From contig OZ246396.1 in NCBI GenBank assembly GCA_965230905.1, positions 750,001-782,000 of the forward strand: a stretch of 32,000 nucleotides of DNA, given 5' to 3'. Positions 1 to 8,330 of the stretch are shown piece after piece. Below the pieces are notes generated by a model. That model worked only from the letters and a program-made list of their open reading frames with translations, was not told the origin of the DNA and made no database searches. Position numbers and translations under genes: made by a program. The stretch's first letter is position 1, and each line of letters begins with the position of its first letter. The stretch comes from Candidatus Saccharimonadota bacterium (GTDB lineage Bacteria; Patescibacteriota; Gracilibacteria; UBA1369; 2-02-FULL-48-14).

Positions 1-1138
1 TCGCTTCAGGAAACGAATTATAGCCTTTGGTGGACATGCTGGCGCAGTAGGCGCCGGTGCCTTCAATCAAGAATAGATCTCCGATCTCAGCTTTTTGGAG
101 CAGACGGGGTTTGGGCACATCGCCGTTGCCGGGCTCCGGAGTCAGCAGGTCGCCGGATTCGCAGCAGTGGCCGACCACAATATATTCCTGGGTTTCGGAG
201 CGGGGAGTTTGAGAAATTACGCTCATGCGGTGCTGCGCGCCGTAGTAAGAAGGGCGAATGATTTCGGTCATGCCGCAGTCGAGTTTGATGAACTTAAAGC
301 GGTCGGTTTCGGTCATGTCTTGGATGCGGGAAAGGAGCACGCCCGCGTTGGCGGTGAGGTAGGTGCCGGGCTCAATTTCGAGTTTAATTTGTCGGCCCGT
401 TTTGTCGGCAAAGTCGCGCAGGGCTTCACTCACTTTTTCGCTGATGGCCTGGAGGTCGGTTTGTTTTTCGCCTTCGTAGCGGGCCACTTTAAAGCCGCCG
501 CCCAGGTTTAAAATAGTTGCGGTTGGGAAGCGCTCTAAAAAAGTGAGCATGAGTTCGGTGCTGCGTTTCCACACCTCGGGGTCGGCGCCGGAACCGATGT
601 GGCTGTGGATGCGTTTCACCGTGAGCTCGTGTTTTTCAAGGAGCGCTGTGGCCTCCGCTAGGTGCTCGTGCCAAATCCCAAAACTGGATTCGCTGCCGCC
701 CACATTGGTTTTTGCAAAAGCGCCGCTGCCTTCGCCCGGGTTGATGCGCAGGCTCACTTCGGTGCCCGGGAATTGCTCACCATATTTTTCAAGTTGGTGC
801 AGGGAACATGCATTGAACTGCACGCCTTTTTGAATGAGCGCCGCGAGGTCGCGAGGAAATTCTTGAGAGGTGAGTAGGATGTGCTCGCCGGGAATTCCGT
901 AGTCCAGCGCTCGCAGGGCTTCGTATTCGGAACTCGCATCGATGTGAATGCCCATTTTATAAAACAGCTCGATGATGGCGCGGTTGGGATTCGCTTTCAT
1001 GGCGTAACTCACTTGCAGTCCAAAAGGCGCTTGAAAGGCGAGGGCTTGCTGGGCCGCTTGTCCCAGCGCGTCTTCAAAATACACATAAACCGGCGTTCCA
1101 AACTGCTCGGCAATTTTAAGCGCTTGCGGGTGTTCCAT
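1..1138 (-). CDS. lysA: Diaminopimelate decarboxylase (PLP-dependent, fold-III), C-terminus cut by window edge
   Basis: Absent from the ORF track because it runs off the window. Manual reverse translation from ATG at 1138-1136 gives MEHPQALKIAEQFGTPVYVYFEDAL..YAMKANPN (PLP-lysine motif)..HSHIGSG..LGGGF..EIEPGTYL..VGHCCESGDLL..GAYCASMSTKGYNSFP, with no in-frame stop down to position 1. Its start overlaps the upstream gene's stop by 23 nt. Confidence 0.85.
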   Translation of the reverse strand, partial: MEHPQALKIAEQFGTPVYVYFEDALGQAAQQALAFQAPFGLQVSYAMKANPNRAIIELFYKMGIHIDASSEYEALRALDYGIPGEHILLTSQEFPRDLAALIQKGVQFNACSLHQLEKYGEQFPGTEVSLRINPGEGSGAFAKTNVGGSESSFGIWHEHLAEATALLEKHELTVKRIHSHIGSGADPEVWKRSTELMLTFLERFPTATILNLGGGFKVARYEGEKQTDLQAISEKVSEALRDFADKTGRQIKLEIEPGTYLTANAGVLLSRIQDMTETDRFKFIKLDCGMTEIIRPSYYGAQHRMSVISQTPRSETQEYIVVGHCCESGDLLTPEPGNGDVPKPRLLQKAEIGDLFLIEGTGAYCASMSTKGYNSFPEA

Positions 1139-2963
1139 GGAAATGATTATGCAGAATTACTTCTGCCTCGAACAGTTGATTTTGTGGGACCATCATCACG
1201 GTCACTCCACGGTCGGGCAAAGCGTGCATGTAGTTAACGCTAATGCCATTTGCTTCTAAAAGCTTCCAGAGTGGATGTTCGTTGAAATTTTCGGTTTGAG
1301 CTACAATTTTCAAGTCGGTGCGGGATTCGAAAGTCCAACCGTTCCCAAAAGCTTCATAGAGAGCGTCGCGCAGTCTACTGATGTCTGCCGTTTGAATGTG
1401 TTCATCTAGGGTAACGGTCCAAGTGGTTTCGGAACTGAAGGTTTGATCAATATTGTAATCACGCAGCACGGCCGTTATAACTGCCAGCACTCCGGGGGAA
1501 TCGCTCATGGGACCCTCAATGGTCAGCGCGTAAGGAATGGGTACGCCTTCTGCTGAATTCTCTAGCACCGTAGCGGCAAAAGGAGGCTGGGCCACCCGGT
1601 TAGACATGAGTACTTTTCCGCTGGCGCTGCTAGTGGGATGCTCGCGTTGAGAGCCTCCCAGACAAAAAACCATTCCCAGTTCATCTTGTTTTTGAACCGT
1701 GAAGGAATCGTCCTCCAGGCGGAGTCTTAAACACGCTTCTATTTCTTCAGGTTCTTCATCTTTTAAGGTGTTGTCTAGGGTGAGGGTCACGGTGTCTCGT
1801 GTGCTGATGGTTTGATCAATATTGTCGTTTTTCAAAAGGGAGGTGATGGCGGCCAAAACTCCTTTTCGGTTCGCCATATTGCCTTCAATTCGTAGCACGC
1901 TTTTTGTTGCTCGTGGCTGCACAATTTCTAATTCGTCTACTTCTAAGCCGGCATGCCAGGGAATATAGGTGGTGCCTTCTTCGGGCTTGTCTGGATCGCC
2001 CACCACAATATCCACTTTGGTGCCCTTTAAAATGGACATCACATCGGACTGCAGTACCTTAGCGGCTGCTCCGCGGGCCCCGGTGAATTCGGCTGCCAAG
2101 CGACGACTCATCATTTCCACGCCTTTTGATCCTGGAATTTTATCTCCCGTTCGAATCCTTGTTCCTTTTTGTTCATCGATTAAGGTGCGCCGTCCATGAG
2201 CATCAGCTGCTCGGGCTTCTTCCGCGGTTCCGGCGTCGGTGTAACCTCGTTTTCCTGCTACAAAAGGTAGGTGACCGCTATCCAATTCAATTGGCGCAGG
2301 AGTTTTCAGAACTTCTCCCACGGTTTGCTTCAGTACTCCTCGTACCCGTTCAAGGGTTTCTCGTTTGTTTCCAAAAGCTTCAGCAGGCCCTTCTGGGTAG
2401 ACTCTTTTTGTCATTCGCTCCTTATTAATATTGCTGCTGTCCAGACCGTGGTGGGCAAAGTAAGCCTGGTATAAACCTTGGCACAAGTCTTCGCCGAAAC
2501 CAGTTAAGGAATGATGTGCGCCGGTAAGATCCGTATAGATCCAATCTATACCCAGATTTTGTAGGCGTTTGAGCCCCTCTGAATTCTCTATTTCTAAAAG
2601 TAGCTTGGAAAAATCGCTCAAATACCTTGAAACTACGGCTTTCAAAATGGGCCGCGCTTCTGCCTCTACTTTTTCGTCGATGATTCCTTCGTGAAAAGTT
2701 CGGATGCTTTCTACAATGGCTTCGGTTTTAACTTTGTCCCCCTTGCGAAGTGCCTCAACGATTTTCAAAAGCTCGTCTGTGGTGCTGAATGTCGCCGTTC
2801 GCAAAGCTGAAACCAAAATGAGCTGAGTTTGTCCTGCGGTTTTTCTCTGTTTTGCTCGCTTTAAATTGCTTTGGAATTTACACGCGTTTTCACCACCGAT
2901 TTTGGTAGCGAGTACATCGGCTTCTTTTATGGCTTGCTGTCCTTGGTCTAAATTTACGTTCAT
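1116..2963 (-). CDS. Aspartokinase-like protein (amino-acid-kinase fold, two C-terminal ACT-like repeats), divergent
   Basis: 615 aa. The N-terminus VLATKIGGENACKF..LILVSALRTATFSTTDELL resembles the aspartokinase KFGGTS / LVVLSA..G.T..L motifs. Two tandem ACT-like repeats are present: VLRIEGNMANRKGVLAAITSLLKNDNIDQTIS..TVTLTLD and ALTIEGPMSDSPGVLAVITAVLRDYNIDQTFS..TWTVTLD. It lies directly upstream of lysA. Catalytic motifs are altered (GG-EN for GG-TS, GKRGYTD for GRGGSD). Confidence 0.5.
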   Translation of the reverse strand: MNVNLDQGQQAIKEADVLATKIGGENACKFQSNLKRAKQRKTAGQTQLILVSALRTATFSTTDELLKIVEALRKGDKVKTEAIVESIRTFHEGIIDEKVEAEARPILKAVVSRYLSDFSKLLLEIENSEGLKRLQNLGIDWIYTDLTGAHHSLTGFGEDLCQGLYQAYFAHHGLDSSNINKERMTKRVYPEGPAEAFGNKRETLERVRGVLKQTVGEVLKTPAPIELDSGHLPFVAGKRGYTDAGTAEEARAADAHGRRTLIDEQKGTRIRTGDKIPGSKGVEMMSRRLAAEFTGARGAAAKVLQSDVMSILKGTKVDIVVGDPDKPEEGTTYIPWHAGLEVDELEIVQPRATKSVLRIEGNMANRKGVLAAITSLLKNDNIDQTISTRDTVTLTLDNTLKDEEPEEIEACLRLRLEDDSFTVQKQDELGMVFCLGGSQREHPTSSASGKVLMSNRVAQPPFAATVLENSAEGVPIPYALTIEGPMSDSPGVLAVITAVLRDYNIDQTFSSETTWTVTLDEHIQTADISRLRDALYEAFGNGWTFESRTDLKIVAQTENFNEHPLWKLLEANGISVNYMHALPDRGVTVMMVPQNQLFEAEVILHNHFHGTPASA

Positions 2964-3107
2964 AGAAGGAGGTGAGTGTAGCAGCTGGCTAAGAGAAAAT
3001 CACCCCTTTTTGTGCAAAACTAATTTTAGCGGGTCTGCATGTCAGATTTATTTCAGGAATTTGTCAGGAAAATTTCAGATTTATTTTGATAGCCTTAAGT
3101 GGCCTCA

Positions 3108-3136
3108 TTGACACTATTAACGCGTTACGTTATCAT
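3108..3136 (+). promoter_or_regulatory. Putative sigma70-type promoter of higBA (TTGACA-17-TATCAT)
   Basis: TTGACA at 3108-3113, a 17-nt spacer, TATCAT at 3131-3136, and the higB ATG only 4 nt downstream (near-leaderless geometry). Confidence 0.4.
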
Positions 3137-3140
3137 TTGT

Positions 3141-3422
3141 ATGATCAAAAGTTTTAAAGATAAGCTCGCTCGAAGTGTATTCACTCGAGAATTCTCAAAA
3201 AGAATGCCGCAAAATCTTGTAAGAACTGCCGAGAAGAAGCTCTGGATATTGCACTTTGCGGACCAGCTTGGTGACCTAAAAATCCCTCCTTCTAATCGTT
3301 TAGAACCTTTAAAAGGGGATCGTGAGGGGCAGCATAGTATTCGGATCAACCAACAGTGGAGAATTTGTTTCAACTGGCATGAGGGAAACGCTTATGATGT
3401 AGAAATTGTTGATTATCACTAA
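3141..3422 (+). CDS. higB: HigB-family toxin (RelE/ParE fold, 'plasmid maintenance system killer')
   Basis: MIKSFKDKLARSVF..IPPSNRLEPLKGDREGQHSIRINQQWRICFNWHEGNAYDVEIVDYH is a near-textbook HigB consensus. The internal ATG at 3141 is preferred over the track start at 3099, which lies upstream of the predicted promoter -10. Confidence 0.8.
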   Translation: MIKSFKDKLARSVFTREFSKRMPQNLVRTAEKKLWILHFADQLGDLKIPPSNRLEPLKGDREGQHSIRINQQWRICFNWHEGNAYDVEIVDYH

Positions 3423-3428
3423 AAATCT

Positions 3429-3725
3429 ATGAAAAAAAAACTAGCTCCCATACATCCCGGTGAAATCCTTTTGGAAGAGTTTTTGGAACCTTTGGGTATT
3501 AGTCAGTATCGTTTAGCCAAGGAGATCCATGTTTCTCCGAGAAGAATTAATGAAATTGTTCATGGTCTAAGAAGTATATCGCCAGATACGGCGTTGCGGC
3601 TGGGTCGTTATTTTAACATGACGGCTAAATTTTGGATGAATGCTCAGACTCACTATGATTTAGAACTTGAAAAAGATCTGTTGGAAGATCGTTTAGAAGA
3701 AATTAAAGTTTTACAGCACGCTTAA
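3429..3725 (+). CDS. higA: HigA-family antitoxin (XRE-type HTH)
   Basis: IHPGEILLEEFLEPLGISQYRLAKEIHVSPRRINEIVHGLRSISPDTALRLGRYFNMTAKFWMNAQTHYDLE is the canonical HigA HTH. It starts 6 nt after higB, in toxin-first order. Confidence 0.85.
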   Translation: MKKKLAPIHPGEILLEEFLEPLGISQYRLAKEIHVSPRRINEIVHGLRSISPDTALRLGRYFNMTAKFWMNAQTHYDLELEKDLLEDRLEEIKVLQHA

Positions 3726-3730
3726 GTCAC

Positions 3731-4135
3731 ATGACTTTTCAATTTCAATTGCTCACTTCGTTGGTTGCTAAACGTTTCACGCCTGCTCTTCTAAAGGAGG
3801 CGCGGAAAGTTTTTAAGCAGATTCGTATGGCGCTTGTGGAGGCGGATCCTGAACTCGATCCGTTTAGAGTGCCGAGTTTTGATACCGCTGAGGAGCTCGT
3901 GTTTTTTCTGGCCATGGTGGGAGACGATGAGTGGATTAAGAAGGCGGTGGATGTCTTTGAATTTGTGGAAAAGGGCCGTCATTTTATTGGCTTAGGTCTT
4001 CGGAGAGATCGAGAAATGTGGCTGGGTGAAGAAGGGCGCACGCATTTAAATGCCAGCGCGATTCAAGCGTTTACGCCGCTGGTTTATGTGAAGAAGCAGG
4101 TGGCTGCGTATCTTAAGCTCCGTGGCACTTTTTGA
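3731..4135 (+). CDS. Hypothetical protein (134 aa), no recognisable motif
   Basis: ORF starting 5 nt after the higA stop. Its 3' end overlaps the convergent secA 3' end by 23 nt. No family recognised. Confidence 0.4.
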   Translation: MTFQFQLLTSLVAKRFTPALLKEARKVFKQIRMALVEADPELDPFRVPSFDTAEELVFFLAMVGDDEWIKKAVDVFEFVEKGRHFIGLGLRRDREMWLGEEGRTHLNASAIQAFTPLVYVKKQVAAYLKLRGTF

Positions 4136-6671
4136 ACTTCTGGCCGCTGCCGCAAGGGCAGGGGTCGTTGCGCCCAATCTCATCCATATTGATGCTGCCT
4201 TTTTGCGGAGCTAGGGCAGATTCCTCGGTGTTGGCGTCGATTTCGTGAGTGTTGGTGGTGGCTGCAACGGGTGCGGGCGGTTTTACAATCTGTACATTGA
4301 TCTTCACGTGCAAGAGGCTGCGCACCGTGTTGCCATTGATTTTATCCATGAGTTCTTCAAACATCGTGTAAGCCTGGTTTTGGTATTCAATCAGTGGGTT
4401 GCGTTGGCCGTATCCGCTTAGGGAAACCGCGTCGCGAAGATCTTTGAGTTCGTCGATATGACGCATCCACAGCATATCTAAAGTGCGGAGGCTGATCATG
4501 CGCTCGGCTTTGCGCAAAATATCGGGCGAGGGCAGGCCCTTTTCTTTTTCCAAATATTCTTCGAGCAAATAGTTTTTGATTTTTTCGATGAGCGCCTCTT
4601 GGTCGAGAGCTTCCAAAGTCTCGCGGGCCAGCGGAGTTTTGGGGTCGCGGTGCAGCGCGCTCACACTTTCATAAATTTCTTTGGTGTCGCCGGGGTGCTG
4701 GAGCACAATCTTTTCGGCTTCTTGCTCAATCATCACCAGCATGTCGTTCTTGAGGTTTTCATTCTCCAAAATCAAGCGGCGTCGTTTGTAAATAATGTCC
4801 CGGTGCATGTTGATCACGCTGTCGTACTCCACCAGGTGCTTACGGATGTCGAAGTTGTGGCCCTCCACTTTTTTCTGCGCGCTTTCGATGCTGCGGCTGA
4901 TGATGCCGTTTTCAATGGGCACATCCTCGGGTAGGCCGAGTTTGTCCATGAGGCCAACCATGCGGCCGCCTCCGAAAATGCGCATGAGGTCGTCTTCCAT
5001 GGAAACGTAGAACTGCGTGAGCCCGGGGTCTCCTTGGCGTCCGGAGCGTCCACGGAGCTGGTTGTCGATACGGCGTGCTTCGTGGCGTTCGCTACCAATC
5101 ACGCAGAGTCCGCCGAGTTCCTTCACGCCTTCGCCGAGTTTGATATCGGTTCCACGACCCGCCATGTTGGTGGCGATGGTCACGGCGCCTTTTTCTCCGG
5201 CCTTGGAAATGATTTCCGCTTCCTGTTCATGGAATTTGGCGTTGAGCACATTGTGCGGCACACCTTCTTCCTTAAAGAGCTTGGACAATGCCTCGGATTT
5301 TTCTACGGAAATGGTTCCCACCAGCACGGGTTGTCCTTTTTCATTCAACTCTTTCACGGTGCGTGCAATGGCATGGAATTTGGATTGTACGTTTTTATAA
5401 ATGGCGTCCGATTTATCCTTACGCGTAACGGGGCGGTGGGTAGGAATTTCATACACATCGAGCCCGTAAATACTTTGAAATTCTTCCTCTTCGGTCTTTG
5501 CGGTTCCGGCCATGCCCGCCAGCTTTTTATAGATGCGGAAATAGTTTTGGAAGGTGATGGTTGCCAGCGTGCGGCTTTCACGTTTAATGGCCACGCCTTC
5601 TTTGGCTTCAATGGCCTGGTGGAGTCCTTGGCCAAAACGGCGTCCAGGCATGAGGCGGCCGGTGAACTCGTCCACAATCAGGATTTGGCCGTCTTTTATA
5701 AGGTAATCCACGTCCGCTTTGTACACGGCGTGGGCGCGCAGCGCTTGTTCAATGTGGTGCACTTCTTCAAAGCCTTTGTCGGTGTAAATATTGTCCACGC
5801 CCAGCAGTTCTTCCATCTTTTTAATACCTTCTTCGGTCAGGGTCACGGCGCGTTGTTTTTCGTCGATATTGTAGTGCGTGTTTTCATCCAGCAGGCTCAC
5901 AAGTTTGGTGTATTGGCCGTATTTTTCGGTGGACTCTTCCGCAGGCGCAGAAATAATCAGCGGGGTGCGGGCTTCATCAATCAAGATGCTGTCCACTTCA
6001 TCCACAATGGCGTAGTTGAGCTCGCGTTGAACCAGGGCTTCCAAACTGGGCGCCATGTTGTCGCGCAGGTAGTCGAAGCCAAATTCATTGTTGGTTCCAT
6101 AAGTGATATCCGAGTCGTAAGCCGCTTTTTTCTCGTCCTTGTTTTGGCCGTGCACCACGGTTCCCACGCTCAGCCCCAGGTAACGGTAAAGTCCGCCCAT
6201 CCATTCGGCATCACGTTGAGCCAGGTAGTCGTTCACCGTCACCACGTGCACCCCTTTTCCTTCAAGGGCGTTGAGGTAAACGGGGAAGGTACACACCAAG
6301 GTTTTTCCTTCTCCGGTCTTCATCTCGGAAATATTGCCTTCGTGCAGCACCATTCCTCCAATCATTTGTACGTCGAAGGGAACCATGTCCCAGGTATAAT
6401 CAAAGCCGCGCACCTTCCAGGTTTTTCCCACCAGAAAACGGCAGGCTGTTTTGAGGAGGGCGAAGGCTTCGGGTAAAAGGTCATTCACGGTTTCCCCACT
6501 TTGAATGCGACGTTGAAATTCAGCCGTTTTTAGCGGAATATCGGCTTCGGTGAGTTCAGTTTGGTAACGGGCTTCAATCTCATTGATGAGCGTCACAATC
6601 TTGGCGATGCGCTTCAGCTCTTTACCCTGATGGTCCCCGAAAAGTTTATTGAGAAAATTGACGACAGACAT
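4113..6671 (-). CDS. secA: Preprotein translocase ATPase SecA
   Basis: DEAD-like motor motifs (MKTGEGKTLV, VDEVDSILIDEARTPLIIS, TNMAGRGTDI) and the C-terminal zinc finger CPCGSGQKFKKCHG. The start at ATG 6671 (MSVVNFLNKLFG..) is preferred over the track start at 6686, which lies inside the conserved leader element. Confidence 0.97.
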   Translation of the reverse strand: MSVVNFLNKLFGDHQGKELKRIAKIVTLINEIEARYQTELTEADIPLKTAEFQRRIQSGETVNDLLPEAFALLKTACRFLVGKTWKVRGFDYTWDMVPFDVQMIGGMVLHEGNISEMKTGEGKTLVCTFPVYLNALEGKGVHVVTVNDYLAQRDAEWMGGLYRYLGLSVGTVVHGQNKDEKKAAYDSDITYGTNNEFGFDYLRDNMAPSLEALVQRELNYAIVDEVDSILIDEARTPLIISAPAEESTEKYGQYTKLVSLLDENTHYNIDEKQRAVTLTEEGIKKMEELLGVDNIYTDKGFEEVHHIEQALRAHAVYKADVDYLIKDGQILIVDEFTGRLMPGRRFGQGLHQAIEAKEGVAIKRESRTLATITFQNYFRIYKKLAGMAGTAKTEEEEFQSIYGLDVYEIPTHRPVTRKDKSDAIYKNVQSKFHAIARTVKELNEKGQPVLVGTISVEKSEALSKLFKEEGVPHNVLNAKFHEQEAEIISKAGEKGAVTIATNMAGRGTDIKLGEGVKELGGLCVIGSERHEARRIDNQLRGRSGRQGDPGLTQFYVSMEDDLMRIFGGGRMVGLMDKLGLPEDVPIENGIISRSIESAQKKVEGHNFDIRKHLVEYDSVINMHRDIIYKRRRLILENENLKNDMLVMIEQEAEKIVLQHPGDTKEIYESVSALHRDPKTPLARETLEALDQEALIEKIKNYLLEEYLEKEKGLPSPDILRKAERMISLRTLDMLWMRHIDELKDLRDAVSLSGYGQRNPLIEYQNQAYTMFEELMDKINGNTVRSLLHVKINVQIVKPPAPVAATTNTHEIDANTEESALAPQKGSINMDEIGRNDPCPCGSGQKFKKCHGA

Positions 6672-6736
6672 ATATTGGTGTGGCATTTGCCACCTTATTG
6701 CTTAGCAGACCTAACGGTCCGCTTGGTGCAGGCAGG
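6672..6736 (-). promoter_or_regulatory. Conserved structured leader element, copy A (abuts the secA ATG)
   Basis: 37 of 49 ungapped positions adjoining the ATG are identical to the region abutting the tilS ATG (15612-15677). mRNA sense: ..ACCGUUAGGU CUGCUAAGCAAUAAGGUGGCAAAUGCCACACCAAUAU-AUG, with three small dyads. Confidence 0.5.
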
Positions 6737-6771
6737 ATAGCATAAATGGCTTGTGAGCGCGACAGCTATTT

Positions 6772-8214
6772 TTAATCCGCCGCCTTTCCGCTCAGGATCA
6801 CCCAGAATGTTTTTAGCATGATCTTGAAGTCCATCCAAGGAGTCCAGTGTTTGATGTAGGTGGTGTCCAGGCGCACTTCTTCTTCAAAGTCCAAATCGCT
6901 GCGGCCGCTGGTTTGGCTGATGCCGGTGATGCCGGGTTTGATGGTTAGCAAAAAGTGGTGGTGTTTTTCGTATTTTTCCACCTCTTCTGGCAGGTGAGGG
7001 CGGGGCCCCACAATACTCATGTCTCCTTTGAATACGTTCCAAAGGTTGGGGAGTTCGTCGAAACTAGTCCGGCGCAGGAATTTGCCAAAGCGCGTGATGC
7101 GCGGATCGTTTTTTATTTTCATGAGGGGACCTTTGCGGTGATTTTTTTCGGCCAGTTCACTGTAACGCAAATGGTGAGTGTTGTGCTGCATGGTCCGGAA
7201 TTTGTAGAAAGTGAACTGTTCACCGGCTTGGCCAGTGCGCACGGCGGGGGAACCGTCTTCGAGTTTGGTGAAAAAGACGGGGCCTTTAGAATCCAATTTG
7301 ATTCCGATGCCGACCAGTAAAAATAAGGGTGAGAGAACCAGCAAAGAGGCCGCGCTGATCAGAATGTCCGCACTGCGTTTATAAATACGTCCCCAGCCGT
7401 CGAGTGAGGTGGGTTTGAGGTGGATGAGCGGGTAACCGCCGATGGTTTCTATCTCAATATTGCTGCGTTCCACCGCCAAAATGTCTGGTACAAAACGGTA
7501 TTCCAAATGGTTTTCCTGGCAGAACTGCAGAATTTCGTGGTCCTGCAAATAGCTGAGGTCTTGGTTGGTTTGAATCACGCCCTCCACTTTGTATTTTCGC
7601 ACCATGCGGCCCAGCTCCTTCAAACTTCCCAGCATTTTTGCACTTTCAATGCGTGCGCTGCCTTCCGTGAGGTAGCCCACCACGCGGTAGTGCGGATCTT
7701 TTTTGAGTTTGCGCGCCAGGCGGTCCGTGATTTTGTTTGCCCCAATCAGCAGCACGTGGCGGCGTCCAATGTCTGCGTTCAAAAGCGTGCGTTCCACCCG
7801 GTGGACCAGCAGGCGGGCCAATATAATGAGCAGTACGCTGGCTACGGCGCCAAAAATCAGTACCAAACGGGAAAAGAAGATTTCGCGACTCAGGAAAAAG
7901 TAGGACATAATCAGCAGCATCCACACAATGGAATGCTTCATCACACTGCGCGATTCGCCGAGCGGGCTTTGTGTGTTTTTGAGTTTGTAGAGTCCAAAGA
8001 AAGCAAAGGTTAGCACCAGCATGCTGGCAAAAAGCAGCCCAAATTGCAGATACTCATCGGCTGGGATGAAATTGGCGGGCACCACTTCAAAATTGCGTCC
8101 GGGGATGAAATCGCCCATGAGGCGCAGTTTATAACCTGTTAGAAATCCCAGCACCACCATGGTGAAATCCACGGGAATCCTCAGCAGGCCAAAGGTGATT
8201 TCGGAACGCTTCAT
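6772..8214 (-). CDS. Polyprenyl-phosphate sugar phosphotransferase (WbaP/WcaJ-type 'bacterial sugar transferase')
   Basis: Multiple N-terminal TM helices and a C-terminal domain: [82 protein letters not shown]. Confidence 0.85.
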   Translation of the reverse strand: MKRSEITFGLLRIPVDFTMVVLGFLTGYKLRLMGDFIPGRNFEVVPANFIPADEYLQFGLLFASMLVLTFAFFGLYKLKNTQSPLGESRSVMKHSIVWMLLIMSYFFLSREIFFSRLVLIFGAVASVLLIILARLLVHRVERTLLNADIGRRHVLLIGANKITDRLARKLKKDPHYRVVGYLTEGSARIESAKMLGSLKELGRMVRKYKVEGVIQTNQDLSYLQDHEILQFCQENHLEYRFVPDILAVERSNIEIETIGGYPLIHLKPTSLDGWGRIYKRSADILISAASLLVLSPLFLLVGIGIKLDSKGPVFFTKLEDGSPAVRTGQAGEQFTFYKFRTMQHNTHHLRYSELAEKNHRKGPLMKIKNDPRITRFGKFLRRTSFDELPNLWNVFKGDMSIVGPRPHLPEEVEKYEKHHHFLLTIKPGITGISQTSGRSDLDFEEEVRLDTTYIKHWTPWMDFKIMLKTFWVILSGKAAD

Positions 8215-8225
8215 GGCGGCAGTTT

Positions 8226-8289
8226 AGCAAAAAAGAGGGAGTTCTCATACACAACTCACTTCACGTATTCGAACTCCCTCTTTTTTGCT
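8226..8289. terminator. Large perfect hairpin (19-bp arms, 26-nt loop), bidirectional terminator-like
   Basis: AGCAAAAAAGAGGGAGTTC at 8226-8244 pairs perfectly with GAACTCCCTCTTTTTTGCT at 8271-8289. A and T runs flank a GC-containing core. It lies between rnpB and the sugar-transferase start. Confidence 0.5.
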
Positions 8290-8302
8290 AACCGATTTTT
8301 GG

Positions 8303-8330
8303 CCAAAAAGAAAACACCCTTTCGAGTGTT
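8303..8330 (-). terminator. Rho-independent terminator of rnpB
   Basis: Minus-strand RNA AACACUC-GAAA-GGGUGUU (7-bp stem, GAAA tetraloop) followed by UUCUUUUU. Confidence 0.55.

Noticed and set aside
95-1237. Plus-strand track ORFs (95-511, 543-833, 662-877, 881-1237)
   Set aside because: They lie antisense to a clean, motif-rich lysA reading frame on the minus strand. Their low-complexity Gly/Ala/Val/Phe-rich translations are typical of shadow ORFs.
2966-2975. Perfect SD-like AAGGAGGTGA on the plus strand
   Set aside because: The only downstream start candidate is GTG followed immediately by TAG, so no ORF follows. The string is the antisense of the aspartokinase-like gene's 5' region.
5034-6476. 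480-aa plus-strand ORF and other ORFs overlapping secA
   Set aside because: It is antisense to an unambiguous SecA frame. The translation is Gly/Phe/Val/His-rich with no motifs, so it is a shadow ORF.
6672-6686. Track start MPHQY.. for SecA at 6686
   Set aside because: These 5 codons are part of the element shared with the tilS upstream region. MSVVNFLNKLFG from 6671 matches the usual SecA N-terminus and aligns the two ATGs at the same position of the element.
6672-6700. Reading the secA/tilS element as a sigma54 promoter, CIRCE operator or T-box
   Set aside because: The GG/GC spacing in TGGCATTTGCC does not fit the -24/-12 geometry. There is no TTAGCACTC-N9-GAGTGCTAA inverted repeat. The element is far too short for a T-box leader.
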